The translations under genes were made by a program, and so were the position numbers. The notes below the pieces were generated by a model. The model did not search any database and had not been told where the DNA came from. It saw only the letters and a program-made list of their open reading frames with translations. Shown here one piece after another: positions 19,556 through 34,142 of a DNA stretch of 64,000 nucleotides (positions are counted from its first letter, which is position 1; every line of letters starts with the position of its first letter). This DNA comes from Eledone cirrhosa (taxonomy: Eukaryota): positions 17,236,001 to 17,300,000 of the forward strand of contig OZ024765.1 of NCBI GenBank assembly GCA_964016885.1, written 5' to 3'.

Positions 19556-20282
19556 ACATATACACATACACTTATATATATATACATATATATATACATA
19601 TATATATACATATACATATATATATATATATATATCTACATATACATATATATATATATACATATATATACATATACATATATATATATACATATATATA
19701 TATATATCTACATATACATATATATACATATATATATACATATATATATACATATACATATATATATATACATATATATATATATATCTACATATACATA
19801 TATATACATATATATATACATATATATATACATATATATATATACATATACATACATATATATATATACATACATATATATATACATATATATATATACA
19901 TATACATACATATATATATATACATATATATACATATACATACATATATATATACATATATATATATACATATACATACATATATATACATATATATATA
20001 TATACATATATACACACATATATATACATATATATATATATACATATATACACACATATATATACATATATATATATATACATATATACACACATATATA
20101 TATATATATATATATTTATTAACATAACAGATTAGCTCTACGGTTCTTATATATTTCATATATATATTTATCCTTATTGAGCCCTCTTTGGACTTTAGTC
20201 TTCAAAGTTTTATTATTACTATATATATACATACAAATAGATACATATATATATATAAATATATATACAAATATATATACAA

Positions 20283-20315
<33 letters not shown>

Positions 20316-20372
20316 AATATATATACATATATATATAAATATATATACATATATATATATAAATATATATAC

Positions 20373-20403
<31 letters not shown>

Positions 20404-20524
20404 AATATATATACATATATATATAAATATATATATAAATATATATAAATATATATATATAAATATATATACATATATATATAAATATATATATAAATAT
20501 ATATACATATATATATAAATATAT

Positions 20525-20559
<35 letters not shown>

Positions 20560-20910
20560 CACATACATATACACATAAAATAGATATATATATACATATA
20601 TATATATACACATACATATATATATATATACATATATATATACATATATATATACACATACATATATATATATATATATACACATATATATATATATATA
20701 CACATATATATATATATACACATATATATATATACATATATATATATACATATATACACATACATATTATATCTATACACATATATATACACATATATAC
20801 ACATATATACACATACATATACATATTATATATATACACATATATAACTATATATACACATTTATACACATATATATATACATGTATATATACATATATA
20901 TATATATATA

Positions 20911-20942
<32 letters not shown>

Positions 20943-21143
20943 GATAGATTTAAAAGTTAAACAAGGTTCAATGAATACATCAAAGAATGAGTTTTACAAT
21001 AGATTGGAAGCACCCAACATTTAAAAAAAAAGGGTTTCCAGAGTTAATATTAATACGTACTGTTAAACTTAACTCAGTACCTCTGAAATATGTATAATAA
21101 AATATAATTGATCATAAGAATATCTATTTTGTTAATATTTTGA

Positions 21144-21187
<44 letters not shown>

Positions 21188-21595
21188 GTATATATATATA
21201 CATATATAAATATATATACATATATATATATATATATAGACGTATATACATATACATATACATATATATATACATATACGCGCACCCACATGTATATATA
21301 TATACACATATATATATATATATACATATATGTATATACATATATACACACATATATATATACATATATACATATATACATATATGTATATACATATATA
21401 GACACATATATATATACATATATACATATATATATATATATACATATATGTATATACATATATACACACACATATATATACATATATACATATATATATA
21501 TACATATATGTATATACATATATACACACACATATATATACATATATACATATATATATATATATACATATATGTATATACATATATACACACAC

Positions 21596-21626
<31 letters not shown>

Positions 21627-21730
21627 CATATATACATATACAGACATTTATATATATATATATACATATATATACATATACATATATACACATTTATATA
21701 TATATATACATGTACATATATATATATATA

Positions 21731-21972
21731 CACAGAGGAGACTGAGGTTAGCTGGACATGCTCACCGACATCCAGATTTGACATTGCACTCAGTGCTCCT
21801 TTGGGAGCCCCTACATGGACTCACTAGAAGAGGAAGACCAAGGTTAACGTATGTTGATGCCCTCAGGACAGACACTGGTCTGTTGGAGATGCAGGACATG
21901 GCAGTGATAATGAGGGACAGAGACCGCTGGAGAGAACTCGTCCATGGATCTCGGGAATTTTACCCGCCTTAG
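21731..21972 (+). mobile_element. 3' fragment of an RTE/RTEX-type LINE ORF
   Basis: [12 protein letters not shown]...LLWEP...[11 protein letters not shown]...MRDRDRWR is the typical RTE C-terminal pattern. Confidence 0.85.
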
Positions 21973-22029
21973 AATATGTACATATATATACACACAGACA
22001 CACACACACACACATATATATACACACAG

Positions 22030-22080
<51 letters not shown>

Positions 22081-22626
22081 CTTATATAAATATATATTCA
22101 CACACACATAATTATACATATATATACACACACAGACATGTATATATATATACTTGTATTTAATTGTGTATTTATATAAATATAAAATAACTCAAAGTTT
22201 TTTTTAAATTCTATAAATATGTATATATATGTATATATATGTATGTATGTATATATGTATATATATATATGTATGTATACATATGTAAGTATATATATAT
22301 GTATGTATATGTAAGTATATATATATATATGTATATGTATGAATATATATATATATATGTCTGTATATGTATATATATACATATATATGTCTGTATATGT
22401 ATATATATACATATATATGTCTGTATATGTATATATATACATATATATGTCTGTATATGTATATATATACATATATATGTCTGTATATGTATATATATAC
22501 ATATATATGTCTGTATATTTATATATATACATATATATGTCTGTATATGTATATATATACATATATATATATATATATACATACATATATATATATACAT
22601 ATATATATATATACATATATACATAC

Positions 22627-22661
<35 letters not shown>

Positions 22662-22793
22662 CATATATACATACATATATATATATACATACATATATAT
22701 ATATACATATATATATATACATATATATATATACATATACATATATATGTCTGTATATATATATATATATATACATATATATGTCTGTATATG

Positions 22794-22883
<90 letters not shown>

Positions 22884-22994
22884 TGTCTGTATATGTATAT
22901 ATATATATATATATATTTGCAAGTATATATACATGTGAAATTAATAAACATTCGTTGTACTGCCTCTGTTTTGTCCCTTTTCTAATTTTTCCAT

Positions 22995-23078
<84 letters not shown>

Positions 23079-23091
23079 CCGAGAGAGAGAG

Positions 23092-23126
<35 letters not shown>

Positions 23127-24008
23127 AGGGGGGAGAGAGAAATGTTTCAAATGGCAGTTGTGTATTCATCCATATAGCATAGTGCAGTCATGGGTATTGG
23201 GGTGGGTGGGGCTGCTATATATGTATACTTCTATATATATATACACACACAAATGTATATATACACACACATATATATATATACACATATATACACACAC
23301 ATACACACATATATACACACACATACACACATATATATATACACACACATACATATATATACACACATATATATATACATATCCACACATATATATATAT
23401 ATATACAAATATATACACACACACATACACATATACATATACATACACACACACACATATATATATATAGAGAGAGAGATAAACAGACACACATAGGCAC
23501 TCACATATATATATGTGGGCATGCATATATGTGTGCGTGTGTGTGTATATATATATATGTGTTTGTATGTATATGTGTGAGAGTATATATATGTATATAT
23601 ATGTGTGTGTATGTATATGTGTGTGTGTGTTTATGTTTGTGTGTTTATGTTTGTGTTTAATTTGTGTGTATATATATGTGTGTCTATGTATTTGTGTGTA
23701 TGTATGTGTGTGTATGTGTGTGTATGTATGTATGTGCGAGTTTGTTAAACTGATGTAGACCCACTCCTAGTATTAACACTGTTTTCTGAATGTATGCTTC
23801 AGGGCTCACTTATGCATAGAAGCAATCTCAGAAAAATATACACATGCATATACACATATACACCCACGAACATGTATATATATTGTGTTTATTTTTATAA
23901 TGCTCATTTCCCTAAGTCAACTTTAAATTATATTTTCTGGTTGATTTCAGTGGTTTCAGTACTATTGCAATGTTGCTTGTTGTCTTGTAAATCTTGATTG
24001 TACAATAG

Positions 24009-24141
<133 letters not shown>

Positions 24142-24292
24142 CTATATGTAAGGAGATGTCTGTATGTTTATCTATTTACCATTTTCTCTCTCTCTATATA
24201 TATATATAAATATGTGTGTGTGTGTGTATAGATGTGTGTGTGTGTATATATAGATATATGTGTGTGTGTGTGTGTATATATATATATCTGCT

Positions 24293-24325
<33 letters not shown>

Positions 24326-24599
24326 CTATATATATACACAAACACATATATATGTGTGTGTGTAACAATTGGCTTATATCAACGTAAATACATCCTTATT
24401 AAAGAACCCCGAATTTCACCAAGACTAACATACACCCCCACCCAAACCGGGCAGCTCAAGGAAGAGTTCAACCACACACATCGTTATAAACAGTCTACCT
24501 ACCCTACCGTCCAAACATCCCTCAGTCTGTACCATTTACTGACATAGGGATGACAAATCAGATTTCTCCGAAGCCAGTTTTGAGTAAAGTTACTTGATA

Positions 24600-26270
24600 G
24601 AGTACGTAGCTTAGAGATCAGAGAGTCACTCTAGATAGAGCCGCTACTTCTCTAAATTTAGAGATTACAGCTTCAATACTATGGACATGTGGTTAGAATG
24701 TCTCAGGAAAGAATCACTGGAGATATTAGTAGCTCGGAGATCAGAGAGTCACTCTAGGTAGAGCTACTACTTCTCTGAATTGAGAGATCACAGCTCCGAT
24801 ATTACGGGCATGTGGTTAGAATGTCTCAGGAACGAATCTCCGGATTGAGTGATCACAACTTCGATACTATGGACATGTGGTTAGAATGTCTCAGGAAGGT
24901 ATCACTGGAGATATTTGTAGCTCGGAGATCAGAGAGTCACTCCAGGTAGAGCTGCTTCTTTTCCGAATTGAGAGATCACAGCTCTGATACTATGGACATG
25001 TGGTTAGAATGTCTCAGGAACGAATCTCCGAATTGAGTGATCACAACTTCGATACTATGGACATGTGGTTAGAATGTCTCAGGAAAGAATCACTGGAGAT
25101 ATTAGTAGCTCAGAGATCAGAGAGTCACTCTAGGTAGAGCCGCTACTTTTCCGAATTGAGAGATCACAGCTCTGATACTATGGACATGTGGTTTGAATGT
25201 CTCAGGAAAGAATCACTGGAGATATTTGTAGCTCGGAGATCAGAGAGTCACTCCAGGTAGAGCTGCTACTTCTCCGAATTGAGAGATCACAGCCCCGATA
25301 CTATGGAGATGCGGTTAGAATGTCTCAGGAAAGAATCACTGGAGATATTAGTAGCTCGGAGATCAGAGAGTCACTCTAGGTAGAGCCGCTACTTCTCCGA
25401 ATTGAGAGATCACAGCTCTGATACTATGGACATGTGGTTCGAATGTCTCAGGAAAGAATCACTGGAGATATTTGTAGCTCGGAGATCAGAGAGTCACTCC
25501 AGGTAGAGCTGCTACTTCTCCGAATTGAGAGATCACAGCTCCGATACTATGGACATGGTTAGAATGTCTCAGGAAAGAATCTCTGGACAGATTGTCACTC
25601 AAGGTAGAGTTACTACTTCTCTGAATTGAGAGATCACAGCTCCGATATTACGGATATGTGGTTAGAATGTCTCAGGAAAGAATCTCTGAATTGAGGGATC
25701 ACAGCCCCGATACTATGGAGATGCGGTTAGAATGTCTCAGGAAAGAATCACTGGAGATATTAGTAGCTCGGAGATCAGAGAGTCACTCTAGGTAGAGCCG
25801 CTACTTCTCCGAATTGAGAGATCACAGCTCCGATATTACGGACATGTGGTTAGAATGTCTCAGGAAAGAATCTCCGAATTGAGAGATCACAGCTCCGATA
25901 TTACGGACATGTGGTTAGAATGTCTCAGGAAAGAATCTCCGAATTGAGAGATCACAGCTCCGATATTACGGACATGTGGTTAGAATGTCTCAGGAAAGAA
26001 TCTCCGAATTGAGAGATCACAGCTCCGATATTACGGACATGTGGTTAGAATGTCTCAGGAAAGAATCACTGGATAGATTTTTAGGGGACAAACCAATAGA
26101 CAGGAGACCCAAGGATAGAACCCTAGCAAGATGGTTGGATAACATCCATGGGCTTGGCTGTTCTAACTTGGGGATTCAGCTGGATCAGTTGAAGATGGTT
26201 TCTTCTGACAGGACCCGCTGGAGGTAGTGTTTGAGGACTCTGACCCCAACGACAATCTCAGGATTAAGCA
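24600..26270 (+). repeat. Tandem array (about 120 and 60 bp units) amplified from an RTE LINE 3' coding segment, running into the LINE 3' end
   Basis: Repeated units encode SSEIRESLQVELLLLRIERSQLRYYGHVVRMSQERI, then a unique tail KPIDRRPKDRTLARWLDNI...DRTRWR. Confidence 0.88.
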
Positions 26271-26284
26271 GGCGACTAATAATA

Positions 26285-26850
26285 GCGGTTTCTACTATAG
26301 GTACAAGGTTAGCAATTTGAAGGAGAGGGGGACAGTCGATTAAATCGACCCCAGTGTATTACTGGTACTTCATTTATCGACCCCGTAGGGATGAAAGGCA
26401 AAGTTAACCTCGGCGGGATTTGAACTCAGGTCATAAAGGGCCGTAAGTCTATGCTGCTAAGCGCGGCGTCCGATCCTCTGCCGATACTGTCAATCCACCA
26501 CCCTTTAATAATAATAATTGTTTCTACTTTAGGCACAAGGCCAGCAATTACCCAGTGCATTACTGGTACTTTATTTTATCGATCCCGTAAGGATGAAAGG
26601 CAAAGTCAACCTCGGCGGGATTTGAACTCAGATCGTAAAGGGACGTAACTATGCTGGAAACATGGCGTCCGACCCTCTACCGATACTGCCAATCCACCAC
26701 GAAGAAAAAAAAGAAAAAGAATAAGCAAAAAGGACTAAAGGCAAAACTAACCCCGGTGGGATTAGAAATCAGAACGTAAAGAGCCGTAACTCTATGCCAA
26801 AAAAGCGCATTGTTTAACGCTCTACCGATTCTACTCCAATCCACCAACCT
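26285..26850 (-). mobile_element. Cluster of three SINE family A copies (about 26285-26503, 26516-26700, partial 26745-26850)
   Basis: Repeated GATGAAAGGCAAAGT...GGGATTTGAACTCAG...CCAATCCACC. Confidence 0.85.
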
Positions 26851-27273
26851 TACATAAGGGTTTCGGATTTAAACATAAGAATTTTGAGATAAGAGTAAAT
26901 CAACCGGCAAGAGACCCTCTGAAGAAGAAGAAGAAGAAGAAGAAGAAGAAGAAGAAGAAGAAGAAGAAGAAGAAGAAGAAGAAGAAGAAGAAGAAGAAGA
27001 AGAAGAAGAAGGCAAAGAAGGCAAAGAAGAAGAAGGCAAAGAAGGCAAAGAAGAAGAAGGCAAAGAAGAAGAAGAAGAAGAAGAAACGACAAATGTGATC
27101 AAGCCCCTGGCGCCATATTCCATAATCTCCATTTAACAATCATCAGAGACTACGATCCCTCTACACTATTGGTTTGGAACTCAGATATAACCAGTAAAAT
27201 CTTTACAATCTACCACCAACTGAAACACCTTACAAAGCTGATGGGACATACAGACACACAGTGGCAATATATA

Positions 27274-27440
27274 TGGCTTAGTGGTTCGAGCGATGGGCTT
27301 GCAATCATGAGGTCAGTTCAATTCAGGAACTGATGATGTGTTGTGTATTTGAGCAAGACACTTTATTTCACGTTGCTCCAGTTTACTCAGCTGTAGAAAT
27401 GGGTTGCAACGTAACTGGTGCCAAGATATATCAGTCCTTG
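27274..27440 (+). mobile_element. SINE family B copy
   Basis: TGGCTTAGTGGTT...GTTCAATTC...TTGAGCAAGACACTTTATTTCACGTTGCTCCAG. Confidence 0.78.
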
Positions 27441-27690
27441 ACGCTTTCTTAAACAACATCGTCGGTGGTATTGGTGGTGGGAGATTGGAAAGACCAATGG
27501 AAGCATTGATTCATCCGCTTGGTTTAACGAGTTCCACCACACCACTTAGTGAAGGTTAGCGAAGGAGAACTGGGATCTTGAAGATCGAAACCTATACTGG
27601 TATTTCATATATATATGAGTTATTCCGGGTTGAATCGGAGGTAACCACAGTAAGTAAGGTACTCAATACATAGAGTATAAAAGTTTTAAT

Positions 27691-27795
27691 ATAGAAGAGA
27701 TTCTACAGGACTAGAACTGTTTCAGTCGTGAGAAATCCTCAGGAAGCTCCTAGTGATTTCTCACGAATGAAACAGTTCTAGTCCTGTAGAATCTC

Positions 27796-27801
<6 letters not shown>
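27691..27801. repeat. 47-bp inverted repeat with a 17-nt spacer; pLTR-like
   Basis: ATAGAAGAGATTCTACAGGACTAGAACTGTTTCA...TGAAACAGTTCTAGTCCTGTAGAATCTCTTCTAT, followed by (TA)n. Confidence 0.85.
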
Positions 27802-27853
<52 letters not shown>

Positions 27854-27894
27854 TATACACTATAGTTCGGTATATTGATATTTCATTTGATATA

Positions 27895-28787
27895 CGAGGT
27901 GTGTCAGAAAAGTTCCAAGACTGATGTCGCAAAAAGATTTATTTCAAACCCAAACTTCACACTAAGAGTTTTCTCCTTCAAATAATCCCCCTGGAGTATG
28001 TAACTGAAATTTTATCTCTGCCGCGATCAAACTTTTTTCCTCATACTTTTATATACATGTCCTCTGTTTCACGTCGTCAAGCAATGAGCACAGAGCAACG
28101 AACAAACTTGAAAACTCCGTCAGAAGCACTGGGATTGCTGCAGCAAGTGTATGGAGATGAGACGATGTTACGCTCACGTGTTTTTGAGTGGTGCAAGAGG
28201 TTTAAATAAGGACGCGAGGACGTGGAAGATGACCCCAGGAGCGGAAGGCCATAAACAACCAGGACTGAGGTCAACTTTGAGCGCGTCAGGCAGATGGTGC
28301 GTAGCGATTGTCGGCTGACTGTTCGACTGATGGCAAATGAGCTGGGCATGAATAGGGACAGCGTCTGGAAGATTCTCACTGAAGATTTGGACATGCGGAA
28401 AGTCTGCGCGAAGATGGTGCCAAAGCTGCTGAACGATGACCAGAAGGTTCGACGCATGCAAGTGTGCCAGGACATCCTCGAGTATCTTGAAACCGAACCA
28501 GACTTGCTAGGGACAGTCATCACCGGTGATGAGTCATGGATCTTCGAGTACGACCCGGAGGGTACCCGTTTTGAAGACGTGGACGACACCAAAAAGGCCG
28601 TGACGATGGAACTGCGGAGGATCCTGGAAGAATCCTTCCTGGAGTGCATGCAAGCGTGGCAGAAAAGGATGGAAAAGTGCATTAGACTCCAGGGGGATAA
28701 CTTTGATTGAGAAAAACTCAGTGTGAAGTTTGTGTTTGAAATAAATCTTTTGTGACATCAGTCCTGGTACTTTTCTGACCCACCTCG
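27895..28787 (+). mobile_element. Mariner transposon, defective; same family and same deletion as 513-1374; about 105 bp TIRs; TA flanks
   Basis: TA|CGAGGTGTGTCAGAAAAG...CTTTTCTGACCCACCTCG|TA. VITGDESWIFEYDPE is fused directly to GTRFEDV. Stop codon in the N-terminal part. Confidence 0.95.
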
Positions 28788-28800
28788 TATATATATATAT

Positions 28801-29302
28801 GGTGGCTGCCAACTCGTTTTCGAGTATGGCCACTACTTTATATCTATGTAGGAGAACTCCTACCGATGCGCTGAACGAGTGTGACTTTTTAGTCCAGCCA
28901 GCGACTTGAAAACTCTGGTACAAACACTACACTTGTGACAATTATTGACACACAGCGCTGGGCCCATGGTACCATGTGACGACAAGTGCAGAGAGATCTC
29001 CAGATATAAAGCAATGCCTGTGCTGTGAAGCTTTTATAGTGAGCAAAGGCACTGCACAAAGCCAGTCCCACTCTCCTAACCAAGATGATATTTACCAAAA
29101 AGAAGAACAAGTCAACATCATTGGATACCATCAGGGTTGTAGGTGTTATATCAGAGTTTTCCTTCTCCTAGAATTCTGCCTTGACAAAGGCTAAGGGGTC
29201 ATCTCTCCCGGTGATTTTGGATGGCCATTGACTCTTAAGAGATCCTTTGCCCTTTGACAGGTTTTGTTTTTAGTCCTGCAGGATGTCCAAAGTCACCCTC
29301 CT
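28801..29302 (-). mobile_element. RTE-derived non-autonomous retroelement, copy 2
   Basis: Same 3' end as the other copies with a different 5' truncation point. Flanked by TA repeats. Confidence 0.8.
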
Positions 29303-31359
29303 ACATATATATATACATATATATATACATGTATATATACATGTAATTCGTTTTAGAATTTGTTGTGCGAGACCCCTCCCCCTCCCCAACATGACTCTCA
29401 CAGAGTATATTGTAATACTTTGGGAGAGACATGTACACACCGGTTTCCCTTTTACCTGAACATGGAACCTCGTTTCTCCACCAACTCTCACATTCACACA
29501 CAGACACACACAAACACCACCTTCAGCCCTCCTCACTCGGACCCCCCGCCTCCCTCTCCCATCTCTGGCCCCCTCCATACACGCCTCACACCCTTTCAGC
29601 CCTTGTTTAATTTTATTTTTATTTTTATTTGTACTTTTAGAAAATTTCCTTTACTCACTAAAAAAATTATTTTTCCTCCCTTTTCTCTTTCCCGCCCTTT
29701 TTTAAATGTCTTTCCACCACTCCCCCACACCCCCTCAAAACTCTCTTCCTACCCACTGTTCTCCTGATTAAGGGCTTATGCCCTAAACATTGTCCCCCAC
29801 CCCCACTCTTAAACGTGAACCTAATACTAACACTTCGTAACTGCACTCCTTGTAATTGTATTTTACTTTTCCAATATATATACTTTTCCAATATATATAC
29901 TTTCCATATATATATATATACACACACCCAATGTATATTGTAGTTGGGTGTATTGATATTTCATTTTATCTTTTCTTTTTCATATGTCCACCATTATATA
30001 ACTTCTGTAAACTACAGTTGACATAATATGTTTATGTATCACAGATAACAAAATTAAATATGAACAAATTTCATTTGATATATATACAATGTGCACTATT
30101 GTTTTGCAGCAGTTTCACTCCCATTCCTTATTTCCTGCAGATGTCTAAAATTCCTTCCCTGGGACCCAAGTGCCTCCTGTTGGAGAATTACTGATGTAAA
30201 TGTATTAAAGTTTGTACAATAAATGGAACATATAAAAATTACAAAATAAAACAAATAAAACTATAGCGTACTCACTGATACATTCCAGGACGTTACATTG
30301 TGACGAAGTCTTTGAGTTTAGCCAAAAGTCCTCTAGTTAATTAGGAATTGGTTCGTTAATATTTTATTCAGTATTTTTTAGCATTTCTTAAGAATATTGG
30401 CGAAAGCATATATTCTCAGCTTTTTTTCACAGGGCCGAAGCATCAGTTTAAAACACGATAATCCATTGCGTGACACGAGAGAGGTATAAAAAGTTAAAAG
30501 TAGATTTTTAGTCAGATTTTTGAATTTGAGCATAAAGCTAAATGTAAAATGTAATTTTTCAGCCAGAGTTTTAAACTAGAATATGATGTAAAATGTAAAT
30601 TTTGAGCAAGTGTTTCGGAAACTGGAAAATAAATGGTATATGTATAAGAATATATACAGGGAACTGGACTATATATTGTGAGAAACTATAAAAAATAGTA
30701 TTGTATGTGTTTTGGGGTTGAGAAAAACACTGCTTGGAAAGTAGCAACTTTCTGGTTTGATCTTCTGTTGAGCATTAAATAATTAGAGTGTATAAATTTC
30801 TCGATTTCTATTAACAAGTTCGGAGCCATATTCCAAACATGTTAATCGTATAGTTCCATACGAGAGAATAATAAAAATTAAATGTCAATTTTGAGCCAGA
30901 TTTTCGAATTAAAACGTAAAGTAAAATTTAGATTTTGAGCCAGACTTTCGGATAAGAATATAATGTAAATTTAAGATTTAAGCCAAAGTTTGAAAAATTG
31001 AACGATGAGTTTAAATCTTGGTGTAGTAGCGTTATCTTTCTATTTAAAATCAGATGAATTTGATCAGAGGTTCTCAAAGTGAGAGAAAGAGAAAGAGAGA
31101 GAAAGATAACTCGACCCCAATAGTTAACTGGTACTTGTATTTTATCAATGTCGAAAAGGTGGAGGTCAAATAAAATAGCAGTGTTCCCACCTGAAAATTG
31201 AGGGGGATACACCAGGTTTAATGCCGAATAAGTGCCGTGTATCAGAACGGCACCCAAACGAAACAACCATAAGATAAGGGCCAATAGAACCCTTTATTGC
31301 AGGACCTTAGCTAGAACCAATTTACTTCATGACAGTTATTAACATATTGACCTACATAT

Positions 31360-31650
31360 ATTTGTTTTTACTTTAGGCACAAGGCCAGCAATTATCCAGT
31401 GTATTACTGGTACTTTATTTTATCGATCCCATAAGGATGAAAGGCAAAGTTAACCTCGGCGGAATTTGAACTCAGATCGTAAAGGCCCGTAACTCCATGC
31501 TGCAAAGCATGGCGTCTGACCCTCTAACGATACTGCCAATCCAAGTTTCTGATTCATGCACACAAAGCTAACGATTTGGGGCGAGAGGGAAAGTTGATTG
31601 AATTGACCCCAGTGTGTTACTGGTACTTTATTTTATCGACTCTCTAAAGA
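31360..31650 (-). mobile_element. SINE family A copies that lead into the 105-bp array
   Basis: Full copy at about 31362-31543, then a second 3' part at 31545-31650. Confidence 0.82.
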
Positions 31651-32700
31651 TGAAAGGAAAAGCTAACCTTGGAGGGATTTGATCTCAGAACGTAAAGGGC
31701 CACAACTCTATGCTGCAAATCATGGTGTGTGTGTGGTGCTCCACCGACACGTAAGGGTGAAAGGAAAAGCTAACCTTGGTGGGATTTGAACTCAGAACGT
31801 AAAGGGCCATAACTCTATGCTGTAAATCATGGAGTGTGTGGCGTTCCACCGACACGTGAGGGTGAAAGGAAAAGCTAACCTTGGTGGGATTTGAACTCAG
31901 AACGTAAAGGGACACAACTCTATGCTGCAAATCATGGTGTGTGTGGCGTTCTACCGACACGTGAGGGTGAAAGGAAAAGCTAACCTTGGTGGGATTTGAA
32001 CTCAGAACGTAAAGGGACACAACTCTATGCTGCAAATCATGGTATGTGTGGCGTTCTACCGACACGTGAGGGTGAAAGGAAAAGCTAACCTTGGTGGGAT
32101 TTGATCTCAGAACGTAAAGGGACGCAACTCTATGCTGCAAATCATGGTGTGTGTGGCGTTCCACCGACACGTGAGGGTGAAAGGAAAAGCTAACCTCGGT
32201 GGGATTTGAACTCAGAACGTAAAGGGCCACAACTCTATGCTGCAAATCATGGTGTGTGTGGTGCTCTACCGACACGTGAGGGTGAAAGGAAAAGCTAACC
32301 TCGGTGGGATTTGAACTCAGAACGTAAAGGGACGCAACTCTATGCTGCAAATCATGTTGTCTGTGGCGTTCTACCGACACGTGAGGGTGAAAGGAAAAGC
32401 TAACCTTGGTGGGATTTCAACTCAGAACGTAAAGGGCCATAACTCTATGCTGCAAATCATGGTGTCTGTGGCGTTCTACCGACACGTGAGGGTGAAAGGA
32501 AAAGCTAACCTTGGTGGGATTTCAACTCAGAACGTAAAGGGCCACAACTCTATGCTGCAAATCATGGTGTGTGTGGCGTTCCACCGACACGTGAGGGTGA
32601 AAGGAAAAGCTAACCTCGGTGGGATTTCAACTCAGAACGTAAAGGGCCATAACTCTATGCTGGCTGCAAATCATGTTGTCCGACGCTCTACTGATTCTTG
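31650..32700 (-). repeat. About 10 x 105 bp tandem array derived from the SINE A tRNA-related head
   Basis: GGGTGAAAGGAAAAGCTAACC recurs at 31755, 31860, 31965 and so on to 32595. Most units keep GGGATTTGAACTC (B box on the minus strand). Confidence 0.92.
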
Positions 32701-33054
32701 TAATCTGAACTATGCACAATAGAGTGGTATGATGTTAGTTATGTAAAGTTTATTAAATTTCGTCATCTTCTTCTTGTTGTTGGGCCTCCGTCGGTTTCGT
32801 CGATGAGTATTCCAGTTATTTAATGAACACAACATCTCTCCTTCTCTCTCTCTATTTCTATATCTCTCTCACTCTCACTCACTCTTTCTCTCTCTCCCTC
32901 TCACTCACTCACTCACTCTCTCCCTTTCTCTCGTTTACTCACTCCCTCTCTCACACAGTAAGTGGCTGATCCCTCCACAGACACGAGGACCGTTAATATC
33001 ATTCTCAGCAGTAAGACGTTTAGTCCTATAAGGTCCCTTACGTAACAGGGAAGA

Positions 33055-33640
33055 GACAACATGGTCGAATGGTTAACTGGTCCGCATTAGGGGTCGGGTG
33101 CGATCCCAACCTGAGACCTCATATCAAGTGTTGTTTACTATAGCCTCGGGCTGAACCGTCTTGTGCGTGAAATTGGGTGGGCAGAGACTGTTTAGAAGTC
33201 CGTTAGATCGACTAATGTATGTTTAATTCGAAGGGCCCAGCCTTGTCATGTTCTGTGCCTTGCTGAATCTTCCTGGGAATCATGTTAGGAAACAGATGTC
33301 TATGGTATGCTGAGAAACTCTATAAAGTAATATGGACACTAGCTGTAGTTCAAGGGGTCAGCCTTGTCACGCACTGTATACCGCTGAATCTCCCTGAGAA
33401 TTATGTTAAGGGAACACGTGTTTATGGAGTGCTCAGCCGCTTGCATTATAAAGTAATATGGACTGAGCCTGTAATTCAAACAGTCGAACATGTCATGCAC
33501 TCTGTCACACCGAATGTCCCAGAGAGTTTATTACGTTCAGTGTAAATGTGTCTCTGATGAAACCATGAAACACGAGCGTTTCATGAGCAGGTTGTTTGTT
33601 GGGTGATCGTCATAACCGACTGAAATCCATTCTATTCCAC
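33055..33640 (+). mobile_element. Old SINE-like element with an internal segment of about 120 bp triplicated
   Basis: TGGTCGAATGGTTAA and GGTGCGATCCC head. CAGCCTTGTCA...GCTGAATCT segment recurs at about 33238, 33359 and 33485. Confidence 0.55.
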
Positions 33641-34142
33641 GTATTCGGGGTGGACTGTTGCTATAAACCATCATAGCTTTGAACGAATCAAGTTAAAATA
33701 CAATCTTTGAAGAATATTCCAATTAATATAATTAGAACGATACTTTCTTTAATTAATATAACTAGCAGAAAAACCAACCTTCGGTGCTAGCATGTGTAGT
33801 GTGTATATTGATATTATACGCAGGTATATATACATGTAGATATGATACATCAAATAAAATCGTAATTGAGAATATATAATACATAGACATTGAACGAAGA
33901 CTGTGTTACACTGTCTTATGTAATCAGTAACGTAATCCATGATACATTAAAAAAGACGTTATTATATATAAACTGCATTAGGAGAAAATTAGTATGTTTA
34001 TTTAAGCAATGGCCAACCGGAAGTGTTGACATTTCAGAAATTTTAAAGAAGTGAATCTTTAAATAAACAAAATATATTTAATCAACAGCCACGAAATTTA
34101 GTAGATAAATTATGTAATATTCATTCATTATTTATTCAAATA

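Noticed and set aside
30495-31000. Degenerate repeats of about 45 bp (AATGTAAATTTTGAGCCAGA-like)
   Set aside because: Real but highly decayed, with no assignable origin or function.
33553-33585. CTGATGA...GAAAC hammerhead-like string
   Set aside because: No credible stem I or stem II.
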